From an uncultured Gammaproteobacteria bacterium (GTDB taxonomy: Bacteria; Patescibacteriota; Patescibacteriia; UBA1558; UBA10009), in NCBI GenBank assembly GCA_964588165.1, contig CAZPMS010000004.1:32019-96018 (forward strand): 64,000 nt of DNA. The letters are read 5' to 3'. Within the stretch, counting starts at the first letter, position 1. Each line of letters opens with the position of its first letter. Under the pieces are notes generated by a model. That model made no database searches. It was not told the origin of the DNA and saw only the letters and a program-made list of their open reading frames with translations. A program made the position numbers and the translations under genes. Positions 1-10,501 of the stretch are shown here, one piece after another.

Positions 1-1145
1 TCATTAATGCTATTTGTATAACTGTCAATCTCACCCAAAGAATCTCTAACCTCTAAATTTATGGTAAAAGTGGAAGTGGAATTATAAACATGGCTTTTAA
101 TATAGCCTCTAAAGTCCGTTTCCCAAGTAGTGTCAAAAGTTGCATCGTTTTCCCAATCCCATCTAAAATCCAAGTCGGAAATATCTTCTTCAAAATCGGA
201 AGTGCAATTGGCGTTAAAGCTAAATACCTGATCCACAACATCGGATGAAGCCGGATCTACCGTAAAGCAAGCTAGAGGGACTTTATTTTCGTTCCAATCA
301 AATCTCATTTGATAAAGCTGCGGGGTAACATTGGTGTTGGTTGTCTGTAATCTGGCTTTCCAATAAAGCTCATTGCCTATGCTGCCCAAAAAAGGAACAT
401 AAACCGCATCCGGAACAGACTCACCTGGAAATTCAAACCAGATATTATTATGCGGCTGCCCGCTAGTGTCGCCATACCAATCAGAACCGTTATTAGAAAC
501 CTGGTATTTCATAGTATGTCCAAAAGGCCATTGAACCGGTTGGAAAGTAACTCCTATAATATCATCATTACTTACTCCTGATAATAAATTAGTAGAAAAA
601 ACATTGCCATTAGGATGATACTTAGGCGGATTAAGCGGCAACTCTACTAGAGCCCTTACAGTATCCCAAGTATCACTAGTAGCCGAACCTTTATAAATCT
701 CATCATTAAAACTTTCTACAAAATAAGTGGCAGTATGATTAGTTACCCGATGTGATAATGATAAAGCTGCCTGAAAATATTCGCTCCAAATACCAGATTT
801 GGCTGTTCTGGTTCTAAATAATAAAGTTGGGGCATAAATTTTGGAAGTGGACCAAAAATAAACTCCACGCTTAACACTAATCACTGTAAAATTGGCATCT
901 ATATCAGACCAAATCTCGCCGCCATCAGTAGAATATTGGAGTTCTATATCGTCCGGTATATCTTGAGATGCAGTAATATCAATTACAATAAGTGAATCAT
1001 AAGGATCATCAGTTCCACCATTACTTAAAATATCATCTCCGCCAATAAAAGCCACCGTGGGAGCAGGCGGCGCTTCTTGGGCTTTAACCGAAATAACGGC
1101 CACAAGCAATAAAGTAAAGCAGATTGTGATTATTCTAATTTTCAT
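1..1145 (-). CDS. Secreted PKD-domain surface protein (3' end runs off window)
   Basis: Read manually, not in ORF track: ATG at 1145, MKIRIITICFTLLLVAVISVKAQ signal peptide, open to window edge; PKD-like segment PLACFTVDP...FSFNANCTSD...FRWDWENDATFDT...SHVYNSTSTFTINLEVRD. Confidence 0.75.
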   Translation of the reverse strand, partial: MKIRIITICFTLLLVAVISVKAQEAPPAPTVAFIGGDDILSNGGTDDPYDSLIVIDITASQDIPDDIELQYSTDGGEIWSDIDANFTVISVKRGVYFWSTSKIYAPTLLFRTRTAKSGIWSEYFQAALSLSHRVTNHTATYFVESFNDEIYKGSATSDTWDTVRALVELPLNPPKYHPNGNVFSTNLLSGVSNDDIIGVTFQPVQWPFGHTMKYQVSNNGSDWYGDTSGQPHNNIWFEFPGESVPDAVYVPFLGSIGNELYWKARLQTTNTNVTPQLYQMRFDWNENKVPLACFTVDPASSDVVDQVFSFNANCTSDFEEDISDLDFRWDWENDATFDTTWETDFRGYIKSHVYNSTSTFTINLEVRDSLGEIDSYTNSIN

Positions 1146-1157
1146 TTATTTTTAAAA

Positions 1158-2027
1158 TTATAGGCCCGAAGGTAGGTTATAATTTTCATCAATACAACCC
1201 CTTAAATACAAATTGCCATCATTATCAAAATAGGCCATAGCATCTGCACCTGGGAAATTATTGCTATGGATTACAAAATTATTTGGGTCTGCCGGTTCAT
1301 CATCAGGTATATCAAAATTTTCTATAACTTCGGCACCGGCAATATATAATCTACCTTCCGGACCCTGAAAAAACCAATCTTTGGAACAATACCAAAACAT
1401 AGCTATGGTAGCGCCAACATCATTCTTTATTTCATAATAATAGTGTTCACCATCAGCAGAACAACCATCTACATTATTTTTTAAATCATTAAACTCCGCA
1501 GGTAAAGTTTCTTTAAAAATAGGATACCAGCCAACACCGTAGATAGCTAAATCGCCCAGCTCAGTAAAAAAAGCTACATCTTCGTTACCCGGTGCTTTAA
1601 TGGCCAGCTTGGTAAAATTACCCGGATCTGTAATTTCACATTCTTCACCACCTGGATCCGGGCCATAACCAGAACTACCGCCGCCGCCAAAACTATCCAG
1701 TAAACAAGAACCGCAATTAGCATCTAATAAAGGCAGGTAACAAAGGCCTGGAGGCGTACAAATTGCCGGCGTAAAAGGAAAAACAGGATTAATACAAGAT
1801 GAACAATCATCATTAGAATCACAAGAAGTTGGAAAATAAGCACAAAATTCTCCTCCTGGACATTGAGAATTATCAGCACAAGCTCCGCTACCACCGTCGC
1901 CGGCATCTCTGGCATAAACTAACTTTAATTGGCGATCAATACTGGTTGATCCAAAAAAAATAAAATAAATACCGACAGATAATAAGGCAATTATGGTTAA
2001 GCCTGTAATTAAATAAGTTTTTTTCAT
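1158..2027 (-). CDS. Membrane-anchored/secreted Cys-rich hypothetical protein
   Basis: N-terminal TM, Cys-rich segment (CADNSQCPGGEFC...), C-terminal FDNDGNLYLRG motif; operonic with neighbours. Confidence 0.7.
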   Translation of the reverse strand: MKKTYLITGLTIIALLSVGIYFIFFGSTSIDRQLKLVYARDAGDGGSGACADNSQCPGGEFCAYFPTSCDSNDDCSSCINPVFPFTPAICTPPGLCYLPLLDANCGSCLLDSFGGGGSSGYGPDPGGEECEITDPGNFTKLAIKAPGNEDVAFFTELGDLAIYGVGWYPIFKETLPAEFNDLKNNVDGCSADGEHYYYEIKNDVGATIAMFWYCSKDWFFQGPEGRLYIAGAEVIENFDIPDDEPADPNNFVIHSNNFPGADAMAYFDNDGNLYLRGCIDENYNLPSGL

Positions 2028-2029
2028 AA

Positions 2030-4567
2030 CTATTCGCCTAAATTAATAATTACATTTCCATTGCTAAATTCAATTACAGTATCACCATCTGATTTTTGGA
2101 TATTGCCACCCAAACGCATATCACCATCCACTTCTAAATCATCTTCAACATATAAATCGCCGTCATCTGTTGCTAAACCATTGGCACAATTTTCTTCATC
2201 ACAAATTTTTACTAAACCGTCCCAAACTGTTAAATCTCCGCTTCCTGCAGACGAAAAGCCACTATCATCATTAACTGAAATTCCGCCATAAACTTTAACA
2301 TCCCCGTTCACGCCTAATTTTGATGAGGGGTTTGTTGTCCCAATACCAACATTCCCCCTATAATTTGCCAAAAAAACATCGCCATCGGTACCGTTTAACT
2401 GCTTTTGACCACCATTTAAATAAAGGCTGCCTCCATTATAGTCTGCTTCCGGGTCTTTGTTATGGACCAATACTCCTTCAGCAAAATAAGTATTGGGGCT
2501 TTCTACGCTTAAATTATAAACCAGCAGTTCTTGGTTAACTTTTTCTTTACTGCTTAACTTTAACCAACCATCAGCTGTAAACAGTTTATCACCAATAGCT
2601 AAATCTTTAACTTTTTTCCATCCTTTGCTGGTATAAAAAGGATGTTCAGGAGTTACTTGAATATGATTATTTAGAATATAAAATGAATTTGCTTTTCTTG
2701 AAAATAAATCTAAAACTTTTACCTCAACCTTTTTATCAGCTTCAATATCATAACCCAAAACAGTATCGCCTATTTTTAAATCTTTTATCATTGTAACGCC
2801 ATTAGGAGTGCTTATCCTTGTTTCACCAGAAAAACAAACGCTGGAGCCACCAGCGGTTATTTGTAAATTATTACCGGTGGTACTAGAATCATCAATACTG
2901 ACTGCCCTGGCTGAACCGTCGTTAAAAGTGATATCACCATCATTTAAATCTAAATCGCCGTTGTTTAAAGTAAAGCCTTCAGTATTTACAGCTCCATTAT
3001 TTACAACAAGGGTTCCCTCAATGTAAGTATCTCCGTCTGATTCAATTTTAAACCTATCATTACTTTCATTTTGTAATAACAGCAAACTGCCAATGGAAGC
3101 ACTATCAATATTTCCATAAATTAAATTATCTGATACATTATCCAAATCTAGTGAAGCTGAGCCAGCTATAAACATATTGTTTAAAACCAAATTACCATCC
3201 TTTTCTACGGTTAATCTTATTTCTTCACGCGACAAGGTATCATCCCAGGTAGTAAAAAGCAGGTCATTGTTACTGTGAATAATTAAATCATCAGTAGTTG
3301 CGCCAACTCCCCTTAAAACACTATCGCCATCATTAGCATTATAATTTAAACACGTATTACAGGTAGACATACCTAATTGTACTGCTTTAGTATCAGAAGA
3401 TCTTGCCGTTAAGCTTGGATATGTTGGATGCTCAATAATTATATTGCCGTCATCATAAACTCTAACTGCATTAGCTACAGTTGTATTATCTGCAGATATA
3501 TAAGTGCCTTGATCAGTCCATAAGCCATCACCACCGCCTACTGCTGCCCAATTGGCTATACAATCACCGTTAATACAGATTTCATCAGAAACATTAATGT
3601 CGCCGTTAACATCCAGTTCATAGGCTGGATTCTCACCAGCAAGAGTATTTATTCCAACATAATTAGTAGCTCTTGCCGGGTTTATAATAATGTCTCTACT
3701 GGCTGTTATAAAAAAATCGCTAGTTGCATTATCAAGATAAAAATAGCCATTCTCCGTACCTACAAGCAACTTAAATTCAGCATTGTTATTTGTTGACTCA
3801 ACTAAAGCTGTTTGACGGCCAGGCCCATAAACATACAATTCTACATTTCCCGGACTATCTGTTCCTATGCCCACTTTGCCATCATTAGTTATTACCATCT
3901 TTGGCGAAGTAAAGGTTGTTCCGCCAATAGCATCAGAACGGGTAAAATCCAAACCGCCAATTGCCGATTGGGCACCAATTTTCCAGTTATAATGGGTGCT
4001 GGCAATATTGGATATAATTCTAAGTCCGGATCCGCTACCGCCTAAAGGATTATTATTAATTAAAAAATTTCCATCTTCTATACCAAACGGTCCATAAAAA
4101 TAACCGGACCAGCCACCCGTAGTATTTTGCGATTGCAATGCCACGCTACCGGCCATACCTGTATTAGTAACCAATAAACTAATGGCCGCATCTGCTGTAT
4201 TATCCGAATTATCAATAACTACTACTGAATCTGATTCAGCCTCTACTCTTGTTAAATTGGCTTCTATATTTAAAGCTGACTGAACAGTAGAAGTAAAGTT
4301 AATTAAAGAACCAGCAAAATCATGGCTGGGGCTGCCAGTTACATTAATAGTATTATTAAAAGTTGCCGATGAGTCTACGGCCAATTCGCCCTGAATGGTT
4401 AAGTTTCCGGCTTTAGTTTGTGGATCGCTACTTACATCAATTGGCCTAGGCCTATTGCCAGTCGGTGGATTACTGGGAGGCGGCTCCCAAACATCAGCTT
4501 TTACTGTTGGTGTAATAAAGCTTAATGCCAAAAAAAATGACAAAATAATAAAAATTGTTTTTTTCAT
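2030..4567 (-). CDS. Secreted fibre-like protein (GNVGIGT repeats) containing a Hint domain
   Basis: Signal peptide; GKVGIGTDSP/GNVGIGTTNP and LDVNGD motifs; internal CFSGETRI...VTPEHPFYT...VYNLSVESPNTYFAEGVLVHN Hint domain. Confidence 0.8.
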   Translation of the reverse strand: MKKTIFIILSFFLALSFITPTVKADVWEPPPSNPPTGNRPRPIDVSSDPQTKAGNLTIQGELAVDSSATFNNTINVTGSPSHDFAGSLINFTSTVQSALNIEANLTRVEAESDSVVVIDNSDNTADAAISLLVTNTGMAGSVALQSQNTTGGWSGYFYGPFGIEDGNFLINNNPLGGSGSGLRIISNIASTHYNWKIGAQSAIGGLDFTRSDAIGGTTFTSPKMVITNDGKVGIGTDSPGNVELYVYGPGRQTALVESTNNNAEFKLLVGTENGYFYLDNATSDFFITASRDIIINPARATNYVGINTLAGENPAYELDVNGDINVSDEICINGDCIANWAAVGGGDGLWTDQGTYISADNTTVANAVRVYDDGNIIIEHPTYPSLTARSSDTKAVQLGMSTCNTCLNYNANDGDSVLRGVGATTDDLIIHSNNDLLFTTWDDTLSREEIRLTVEKDGNLVLNNMFIAGSASLDLDNVSDNLIYGNIDSASIGSLLLLQNESNDRFKIESDGDTYIEGTLVVNNGAVNTEGFTLNNGDLDLNDGDITFNDGSARAVSIDDSSTTGNNLQITAGGSSVCFSGETRISTPNGVTMIKDLKIGDTVLGYDIEADKKVEVKVLDLFSRKANSFYILNNHIQVTPEHPFYTSKGWKKVKDLAIGDKLFTADGWLKLSSKEKVNQELLVYNLSVESPNTYFAEGVLVHNKDPEADYNGGSLYLNGGQKQLNGTDGDVFLANYRGNVGIGTTNPSSKLGVNGDVKVYGGISVNDDSGFSSAGSGDLTVWDGLVKICDEENCANGLATDDGDLYVEDDLEVDGDMRLGGNIQKSDGDTVIEFSNGNVIINLGE
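2459..2836 (-). other. Hint / bacterial intein-like (BIL) domain, 126 aa
   Basis: Cys1 (CFSG), block B TxxH (TPEH), terminal HN followed by Lys rather than C/S/T; no homing endonuclease. Confidence 0.85.
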
Positions 4568-4607
4568 AAATTTATAATTTAAAATTTTTTGATTATTAAA
4601 ATGGTTT

Positions 4608-4636
4608 TTGACTATTTATTATCTAAATTGTATAAT
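4608..4636 (+). promoter_or_regulatory. Sigma70 promoter for the 4659-lemA-htpX unit
   Basis: TTGACT-17 bp-TATAAT. Confidence 0.7.
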
Positions 4637-4658
4637 AAATCCGCATTAAAAACAACTT

Positions 4659-4943
4659 ATGGAACAACATAAACAAACTACTTTTGTCAAATCAATTGTT
4701 ATAATGATAATAGTTGTTTTATTATTAACTATTGCCTGGTTAATTTTTAAATACCCATGTTTATTAGATAGTAACAAATGCCAAACCCAGCCAATGGATA
4801 ATATACCCGAAAATGTTGACACTAAATCACCGGAAAATACTCTGCCCGAAACTGCGCCACCTTTAATAAAAAACGGTAACGGAGATTCACCAGCAATTTT
4901 TACTAATAATCTTCCAAAAGCGCCACCTTTAATAAATAATTAA
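4659..4943 (+). CDS. Small single-TM hypothetical protein
   Basis: 94 aa, TM helix, Pro-rich tail, behind consensus promoter. Confidence 0.6.
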   Translation: MEQHKQTTFVKSIVIMIIVVLLLTIAWLIFKYPCLLDSNKCQTQPMDNIPENVDTKSPENTLPETAPPLIKNGNGDSPAIFTNNLPKAPPLINN

Positions 4944-4959
4944 ATAAATATATAAAAAT

Positions 4960-5514
4960 ATGGAAAACATTCTTTGGATAATTTTAGGTTTAATTGTACT
5001 GATATTTTTCTGGCTTATTGGCATTTATAATGTTTTGGTTAGGCTTAAAATAAGAGTAGAAGAAGCTTGGTCTGATATTGATGTCCAATTAAAAAGAAGG
5101 TATGATCTGATTCCAAATTTAGTAGAAGCGGTAAAAGGTTATGTTAAACACGAAAAAGAGCTATTAGAAAATGTTACCAAAGCCAGGGCAAATGCCATGA
5201 ATGCCAAAACGCCGGAATCTAAAGGCAAGGCAGAAAATATGCTTTCAGAAACTTTAAAATCTTTATTTGCCGTAGCAGAAAATTATCCCGACCTTAAAGC
5301 TTCACAAAATTTTGCCAAACTCCAAGATGAACTTTCTGATACTGAAAATAAAATCCAAGCGGCCAGAAGGTTTTACAACGGCAATGTTAGAGACTTTAAT
5401 ACCAAGATTGAAATTTTCCCTAATAATTTAGTTGCCGGCATGCTTAGCTTTAAGAAACGGGAATTTTTTGAAATTGAAAAGAAAGAAAAAGAAAACGTTA
5501 AAGTTGAATTTTAA
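4960..5514 (+). CDS. lemA: LemA family protein
   Basis: YNVLVRL...[38 protein letters not shown]. Confidence 0.95.
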   Translation: MENILWIILGLIVLIFFWLIGIYNVLVRLKIRVEEAWSDIDVQLKRRYDLIPNLVEAVKGYVKHEKELLENVTKARANAMNAKTPESKGKAENMLSETLKSLFAVAENYPDLKASQNFAKLQDELSDTENKIQAARRFYNGNVRDFNTKIEIFPNNLVAGMLSFKKREFFEIEKKEKENVKVEF

Positions 5515-5518
5515 TTAT

Positions 5519-5600
5519 TACGCGGATTATTGACGCCGATAAGCACGGACCATCATATCTGTGAAAAATCTGCGAATATCCGCGTTTTAAATCTGCGTTA
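5519..5600. repeat. Degenerate inverted short-unit repeat (acgcggat ... atctgcg/atccgcgt)
   Basis: acgcggat 5520-5527 pairs with atccgcgt 5578-5585; further atctgtg/atctgcg units. Confidence 0.55.
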
Positions 5601-5612
5601 TTTAAACTAACT

Positions 5613-6500
5613 ATGTATTCTCAAATTGACTCTAACAAAAGAAAAACTTGGTTACTGATGATTATTTTTTTTGTAGTGATTGTTGGCCTTGGTTGGATTT
5701 TTTCTGAAGCTTACAATTTTGGCTACAATGGGGTGGCTATTGCCGTATTTATTGCCATAGTTATGAATCTATTCAGTTACTTTAAAGGTGATAAGGTGGC
5801 CTTGGCAATGGCTGGTGCAAAGCAAATTAATAAAGAGGCTAACCCTTATGTTTACCGGATGGTAGAAAATCTTTGTATTACTGCTGGCGTGCCAACGCCT
5901 AAAGTTTATATAATGAACGATCCCAATATTAATGCTTTTGCCACCGGCCGAAAGCCGGAACTTGCTTCTGTAGCTGTTACTACCGGTGCTATTGATAAAT
6001 TGGAGAATGAAGAATTGGAAGGCGTAATTGCCCACGAGTTAGCTCATGTTAAAAACTACGATATTAGGCTGATGATGATTGTAATTATTTGCGTAGGCAT
6101 AATTACTTTAATGGCCGACTTCTTTTTAAGAGCCCAATTCATATTTGGCGGCAAAAGAAACAGTCGTGAAGGCGGTAATTTAGGGGCAATCTTGATGATT
6201 GCAGGAATTGCTTTAGCTATTCTTTCCCCTATTTTTGCCAGCCTAATTCAATTGGCAGTTTCCAGAAAAAGAGAATATTTAGCTGATGCTTCCGGAGCTT
6301 TATTAACCAGGTACCCGGAAGGCCTGGCCAGGGCCCTGGAAAAAATTAAAAATAATAATCAACCTACTAAAAAGGCCAATCATGCCACAGCACATTTATT
6401 TATTGCCAGCCCTTTTAAACCGGCTTCCAAAATGGCTGGTTTATTTTCTACCCATCCGCCAGTTGATGAGAGAATTGCCAAACTTAGAAAGATGGCATAG
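5613..6500 (+). CDS. htpX: M48 zinc metalloprotease HtpX
   Basis: NAFATG, HELAH zinc motif, SRKREYLADA, FSTHPP; next to lemA. Confidence 0.95.
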   Translation: MYSQIDSNKRKTWLLMIIFFVVIVGLGWIFSEAYNFGYNGVAIAVFIAIVMNLFSYFKGDKVALAMAGAKQINKEANPYVYRMVENLCITAGVPTPKVYIMNDPNINAFATGRKPELASVAVTTGAIDKLENEELEGVIAHELAHVKNYDIRLMMIVIICVGIITLMADFFLRAQFIFGGKRNSREGGNLGAILMIAGIALAILSPIFASLIQLAVSRKREYLADASGALLTRYPEGLARALEKIKNNNQPTKKANHATAHLFIASPFKPASKMAGLFSTHPPVDERIAKLRKMA

Positions 6501-6512
6501 CAGGAAAAAAAC

Positions 6513-6624
6513 GACGAACCATAAAGGTTCGTCTGCGGGATGTGATAATCAGTCATCTCCAAAACAAAGCTTATACAATCCTCCCCTGTCTCCGTAACAG
6601 AACCTTTATGGTTCGTCTACGGGA
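6513..6624. repeat. 18-bp perfect inverted repeat; left copy is also a terminator-like hairpin
   Basis: gacgaaccataaaggttc 6513-6530 is the reverse complement of 6600-6617; hairpin 6513-6533 with a T-tract on the minus strand. Confidence 0.6.
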
Positions 6625-6740
6625 ATATATTTGATTTTAAACTGATTCGCTTTTACAAAATATATTTTAATATAAAACGAAGCAGAGGAATTTATCCTCT
6701 GCTTTATAAATAAAAACGATGGACCGTGCCCTAAAATGAG

Positions 6741-6770
6741 TTGACAAAAATAGCCAATTTTATCTATAAT
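6741..6770 (+). promoter_or_regulatory. Sigma70 promoter of clpC
   Basis: TTGACA-18 bp-TATAAT, 9 nt before ATG 6780; the track's TTG start is this -35 box. Confidence 0.7.
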
Positions 6771-6779
6771 AAATATCCT

Positions 6780-9293
6780 ATGAACGAAACTGAAATCTTC
6801 AAAAAATTTACCGGCCATTTAAAGAAAATTTTAACTCTGGCCCAAGATGTAGCTGCCGGCCTGCACCACCAAACCATAGAGCCGCTCCATCTTTTATATT
6901 GCCTGGCTAATGAACGTGGCAGTATTGGAGCATCTATTTTATATAAAAATAAACTAACCCCTGATAAAGTTAAGTCTGTTTTAGAAATTCTAAATAACCA
7001 TCAAGTGGCCCAAACTACCACAAAAGCCTTGCCTGTTCTTTCTAAGCAGTCACAAATAATTCTGGAAAGGGCCGTTAAAACAGCTTTTCAAAACCAGCAC
7101 AAATATATTGGCACAGAACACCTGCTTTTTAGTTTAATTGGCTCAACTGAAAAATTACTTTCAGATTTCTTTAATGAAAATAAAATAAACCCTCAAGGAT
7201 TACAAAACCACCTAAGAATTATCCTAAAAAGCACTTCAAAATTTTCTGACCTTACATCCGGTAAAACCGAGCTGCCGAATGAATCTTCTTTAGAAAGAGT
7301 TATGGTTGATAACTTAAGGCCGGATAACGATTCTGCCTTAAGTAATTTTGCCATTGATTTAACTGAAAAGAGCGTTCAGGCAAATATTGATCCCGTAATA
7401 GGCCGAGAGTTGGAAATTGACCGCTTAATCCAAATCCTTTCCAGGCGGACTAAAAATAATCCTATTTTATTGGGTGATCCCGGTACCGGTAAAACTGCTA
7501 TTGTAGAGGGTTTGGCCAAAAGAATTAATGAGGATAAAGTACCGGATGTTTTAGCCAATAAAAGAATTTTAAACTTAGACCTGGGCTCTACTTTAGCAGG
7601 CACCATGTACAGGGGCGAATTTGAAAACAGGTTAAAACAAATTATAGAAGAAGTTAAAAGCGATCCCAATATAATTTTATTTATTGATGAAGTCCACACT
7701 TTAATGGGAGCTGGCAATGCCACAGGCTCTTTGGATGCTGCTAACCTTTTTAAGCCGGAACTGGCCCGGGGCAATTTAAGGCTTATCGGCGCCACTACCA
7801 CGGAAGAATTCAAAAAACATATAGAGTCTGATCCGGCCTTTGAAAGGAGATTCCAGCCGATTATAATTGTGGAATCCAGCCCAGAAGAAACCGGAGATAT
7901 CTTAAAAGGAATTAAAAAAAATTACGAAAAATACCACCAAGTTAAAATTTCTGATGATGCTATAGAAGCTGCCATAGAACTTTCGGTTAGATATTTAACT
8001 GATAAATTTTTGCCTGATAAAGCCATAGATTTAATTGATGAAGCTGCTGCAAAAATTAAGGTAGAAGAAACTAAAAACGGCTTGGTTAAAACCATAAAAA
8101 AACTGGAGTTGGAGCTGAAAAAAATCCAAAAAAATAAGGAGCTTTTAATTTTAGAAGAAAAATTTGACGAAGCACTTAAATTCAAAAACCAAGAAGAAGA
8201 TATTTTAGTAAAGCTGGATGATTATAAAAAACAGGAGGAAAAAGAAAAAAAGAAAATCTTAGGCACCATTACCCGGAAAGATATTGCCATGGTTTTATCC
8301 AGGATGACAAAAATTCCTGTTTCTGAACTTATTTTAGAAGAAAAACAAAAACTTTTAGAGCTGGAAAGTACTTTACAGAAATATATTATCGGCCAAGATA
8401 AAGCTATTAAAGAACTGGCCGAAAGCATCAGGCGTTCCAGAGTGGGACTTTCCCATCCCGATAAACCAATAGCTTCATTTATATTTTTAGGCCCGTCCGG
8501 AGTTGGCAAAACCGAAACTGCTAAAGTACTGGCACGGGAAGTTTTTGAAAATGAAGATGCCTTAATTAGAATTGATATGTCGGAGTTTGCCGAATCTTTT
8601 AATATTTCCAAATTAATTGGGGCCCCAGCCGGTTATGTGGGTTACAAAGAACAAGGCAAGCTGACTGATGCTGTTAAAAAAAGGCCTTACAGCGTAGTTT
8701 TATTTGATGAAATTGAAAAAGCCCACCCAGAAGTTTTTAATTTGCTACTGCCGATTTTAGAAGACGGGCACATTACGGATGCTGTTGGTAAAAAAATTAA
8801 TTTCAAAAATACTATCATAATAATGACTTCTAATATTGGCCTTTCGGAATTTAACCGCTTTAGCTCTTTAGGTTTTGGCACTAAAGATAAAACTGACCAG
8901 CAGAAATTAATTGATGACTATATGATTTTAGAGGAAAAAATCCAGGCCGGCTTAAAAGATACTTTTAAACCGGAATTTTTAAACCGTTTAGACAAAGTGG
9001 TTATTTTTAAGCCTTTGGATGAAAAGGCCGCACTGGAAATCAGCAAACTTCAACTGGAAGAGCTTACCCAAAGAATCGCCCGACAAAACTATACCTTAAA
9101 AGTGAGCCAAAAAGTAATGAAACTGATTGTTGAACAAGGTTTTACTGCAGAAGAAGGCGCCAGGGGCATAAGAAGAGCTATTCAAGAAAAAATAGAAAAT
9201 CCTATAGCTTCTCAGCTGTTGAGTGATAAATTTAAAGCTGGTGATATAATTAAAGTTGGGACGGCAAAAGATAAAATTATTTTTGATAAGTAG
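6780..9293 (+). CDS. clpC: ATP-dependent Clp protease ATPase subunit (ClpC-like)
   Basis: Clp-N repeats, Walker A GDPGTGKT and GPSGVGKT, LFIDEVH, RIDMSEF, GYVGY; start reassigned to ATG 6780. Confidence 0.9.
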   Translation: MNETEIFKKFTGHLKKILTLAQDVAAGLHHQTIEPLHLLYCLANERGSIGASILYKNKLTPDKVKSVLEILNNHQVAQTTTKALPVLSKQSQIILERAVKTAFQNQHKYIGTEHLLFSLIGSTEKLLSDFFNENKINPQGLQNHLRIILKSTSKFSDLTSGKTELPNESSLERVMVDNLRPDNDSALSNFAIDLTEKSVQANIDPVIGRELEIDRLIQILSRRTKNNPILLGDPGTGKTAIVEGLAKRINEDKVPDVLANKRILNLDLGSTLAGTMYRGEFENRLKQIIEEVKSDPNIILFIDEVHTLMGAGNATGSLDAANLFKPELARGNLRLIGATTTEEFKKHIESDPAFERRFQPIIIVESSPEETGDILKGIKKNYEKYHQVKISDDAIEAAIELSVRYLTDKFLPDKAIDLIDEAAAKIKVEETKNGLVKTIKKLELELKKIQKNKELLILEEKFDEALKFKNQEEDILVKLDDYKKQEEKEKKKILGTITRKDIAMVLSRMTKIPVSELILEEKQKLLELESTLQKYIIGQDKAIKELAESIRRSRVGLSHPDKPIASFIFLGPSGVGKTETAKVLAREVFENEDALIRIDMSEFAESFNISKLIGAPAGYVGYKEQGKLTDAVKKRPYSVVLFDEIEKAHPEVFNLLLPILEDGHITDAVGKKINFKNTIIIMTSNIGLSEFNRFSSLGFGTKDKTDQQKLIDDYMILEEKIQAGLKDTFKPEFLNRLDKVVIFKPLDEKAALEISKLQLEELTQRIARQNYTLKVSQKVMKLIVEQGFTAEEGARGIRRAIQEKIENPIASQLLSDKFKAGDIIKVGTAKDKIIFDK

Positions 9294-9381
9294 GTATTAA
9301 AAACTAAAATATTAAAATAAATATTGCAGGGTCAAATATTTTTGATTCTGTTTTTTATTTTTATTATTATCCATTAACCAT

Positions 9382-9765
9382 ATGTTCTACAAAAACTTCT
9401 ATGATATGCCAGTTTGGCAAACTGGAGCAAAAATGGTCGAGGAAATATACTTGATTTCAAAAAATTTTCCAACCGAAGAAAAGTATGCTCTAACTTCTCA
9501 ACTCCGGAGGTCGGCGAACTCAATAATTGCCAACTTTGCGGAAAGTTACGGCAGATACTTTTACAAAGATAAAATTAGAGTTCTCTACATTGCTAGAGCA
9601 GAAGCTGAAGAAACATGAAGTCATTTATTAATTGCTAAAAAACTACTTTATTTAGATAAAGAAAAACATAAAGAATTAGATAAAAAATATAATCATTTAA
9701 TAATTGATATAAATAAAATGATTATTAAATACCACTATAAAAACAAAAATAAAAAAGGATTATAG
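9382..9765 (+). pseudogene. Four-helix-bundle (23S rRNA IVP-like) protein with one internal TGA
   Basis: FPTEEKYALTSQLRRSANSIIANFAE family motif; TGA at 9616-9618, then the frame continues SHLLIAKKLLYL...INKMI to TAG 9765. Confidence 0.8.
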
Positions 9766-9807
9766 ATTATGGATTATTGTTTATGAATTGTTACCGTCAA
9801 AAACCTT

Positions 9808-10485
9808 ATGAATCTCAAAAATATTCTCCAAAAATCAATCAACACATTACTCAGCCTACTATTCCCTATAGAGTGTATTGGTTGTAACAAGGAAGACGTT
9901 TATTTGTGTAACGGATGTTTTAATAAAATTAAAGTTAAAACAAAAACTAAACCTTTTGAACATCCTCTCACTTATTTGGACGGTGTTTTTTCAGCAGCTG
10001 GCTATAAAGATAAACCTCTACAGTCAGCCATTCATTTACTAAAATTTAGATTTATAAAAACACTGGCAAAACCCCTCGCTCAACTATTAATTAAATTCTA
10101 CCAGAAATCCCTAGTTACCAGTGGCTTGTCCCTTGTCCCTATTATCATTCCTGTTCCCTTAAATAAAAAACGATATCTTGATCGTGGCTTTAACCAGTCG
10201 GAATTAATTGCCCAGCCATTTGCTAAACACTTTAATTTAGAATTGGCGGCTGATGTTGTTACCAGACGAAAAAATACTCCTCATCAAGTTGGCTTAACTA
10301 AGAAAAAACGCCAGCAAAATATAAAAAATGCTTTTATGGTTAATAAACCTAACCTGATTATGGATAAAGAGATAATTCTAATTGACGATGTGGTAACTAC
10401 CGGCTCTACTCTGGAAGAAGTGGCTAAAGTTTTAAAAAATTCGGGTGCAAAAAAAGTCTGGGGATTAACTATAGCTAAGGATTAA
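9808..10485 (+). CDS. comF: ComF family phosphoribosyltransferase-like competence protein
   Basis: CxxC...CxxC, IIPVPL, RGFNQS, LIDDVVTTGSTL. Confidence 0.92.
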   Translation: MNLKNILQKSINTLLSLLFPIECIGCNKEDVYLCNGCFNKIKVKTKTKPFEHPLTYLDGVFSAAGYKDKPLQSAIHLLKFRFIKTLAKPLAQLLIKFYQKSLVTSGLSLVPIIIPVPLNKKRYLDRGFNQSELIAQPFAKHFNLELAADVVTRRKNTPHQVGLTKKKRQQNIKNAFMVNKPNLIMDKEIILIDDVVTTGSTLEEVAKVLKNSGAKKVWGLTIAKD

Positions 10486-10501
10486 CCCAGACTTCTTTAA
10501 A

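Noticed and set aside
2459-2836. Canonical splicing intein
   Set aside because: +1 residue is Lys, there is no endonuclease, and the host is a secreted protein; better called BIL/Hint
9616-9618. TGA recoding (genetic code 25, or Sec) in the four-helix-bundle gene
   Set aside because: TGA terminates paralogous genes at the conserved KKI/RKI end (30095, 34957, 39062), so it is a stop here
9382-9765. DGR accessory (Avd) gene implying a diversity-generating retroelement
   Set aside because: No reverse transcriptase and no TR/VR pair differing at adenines seen in the window
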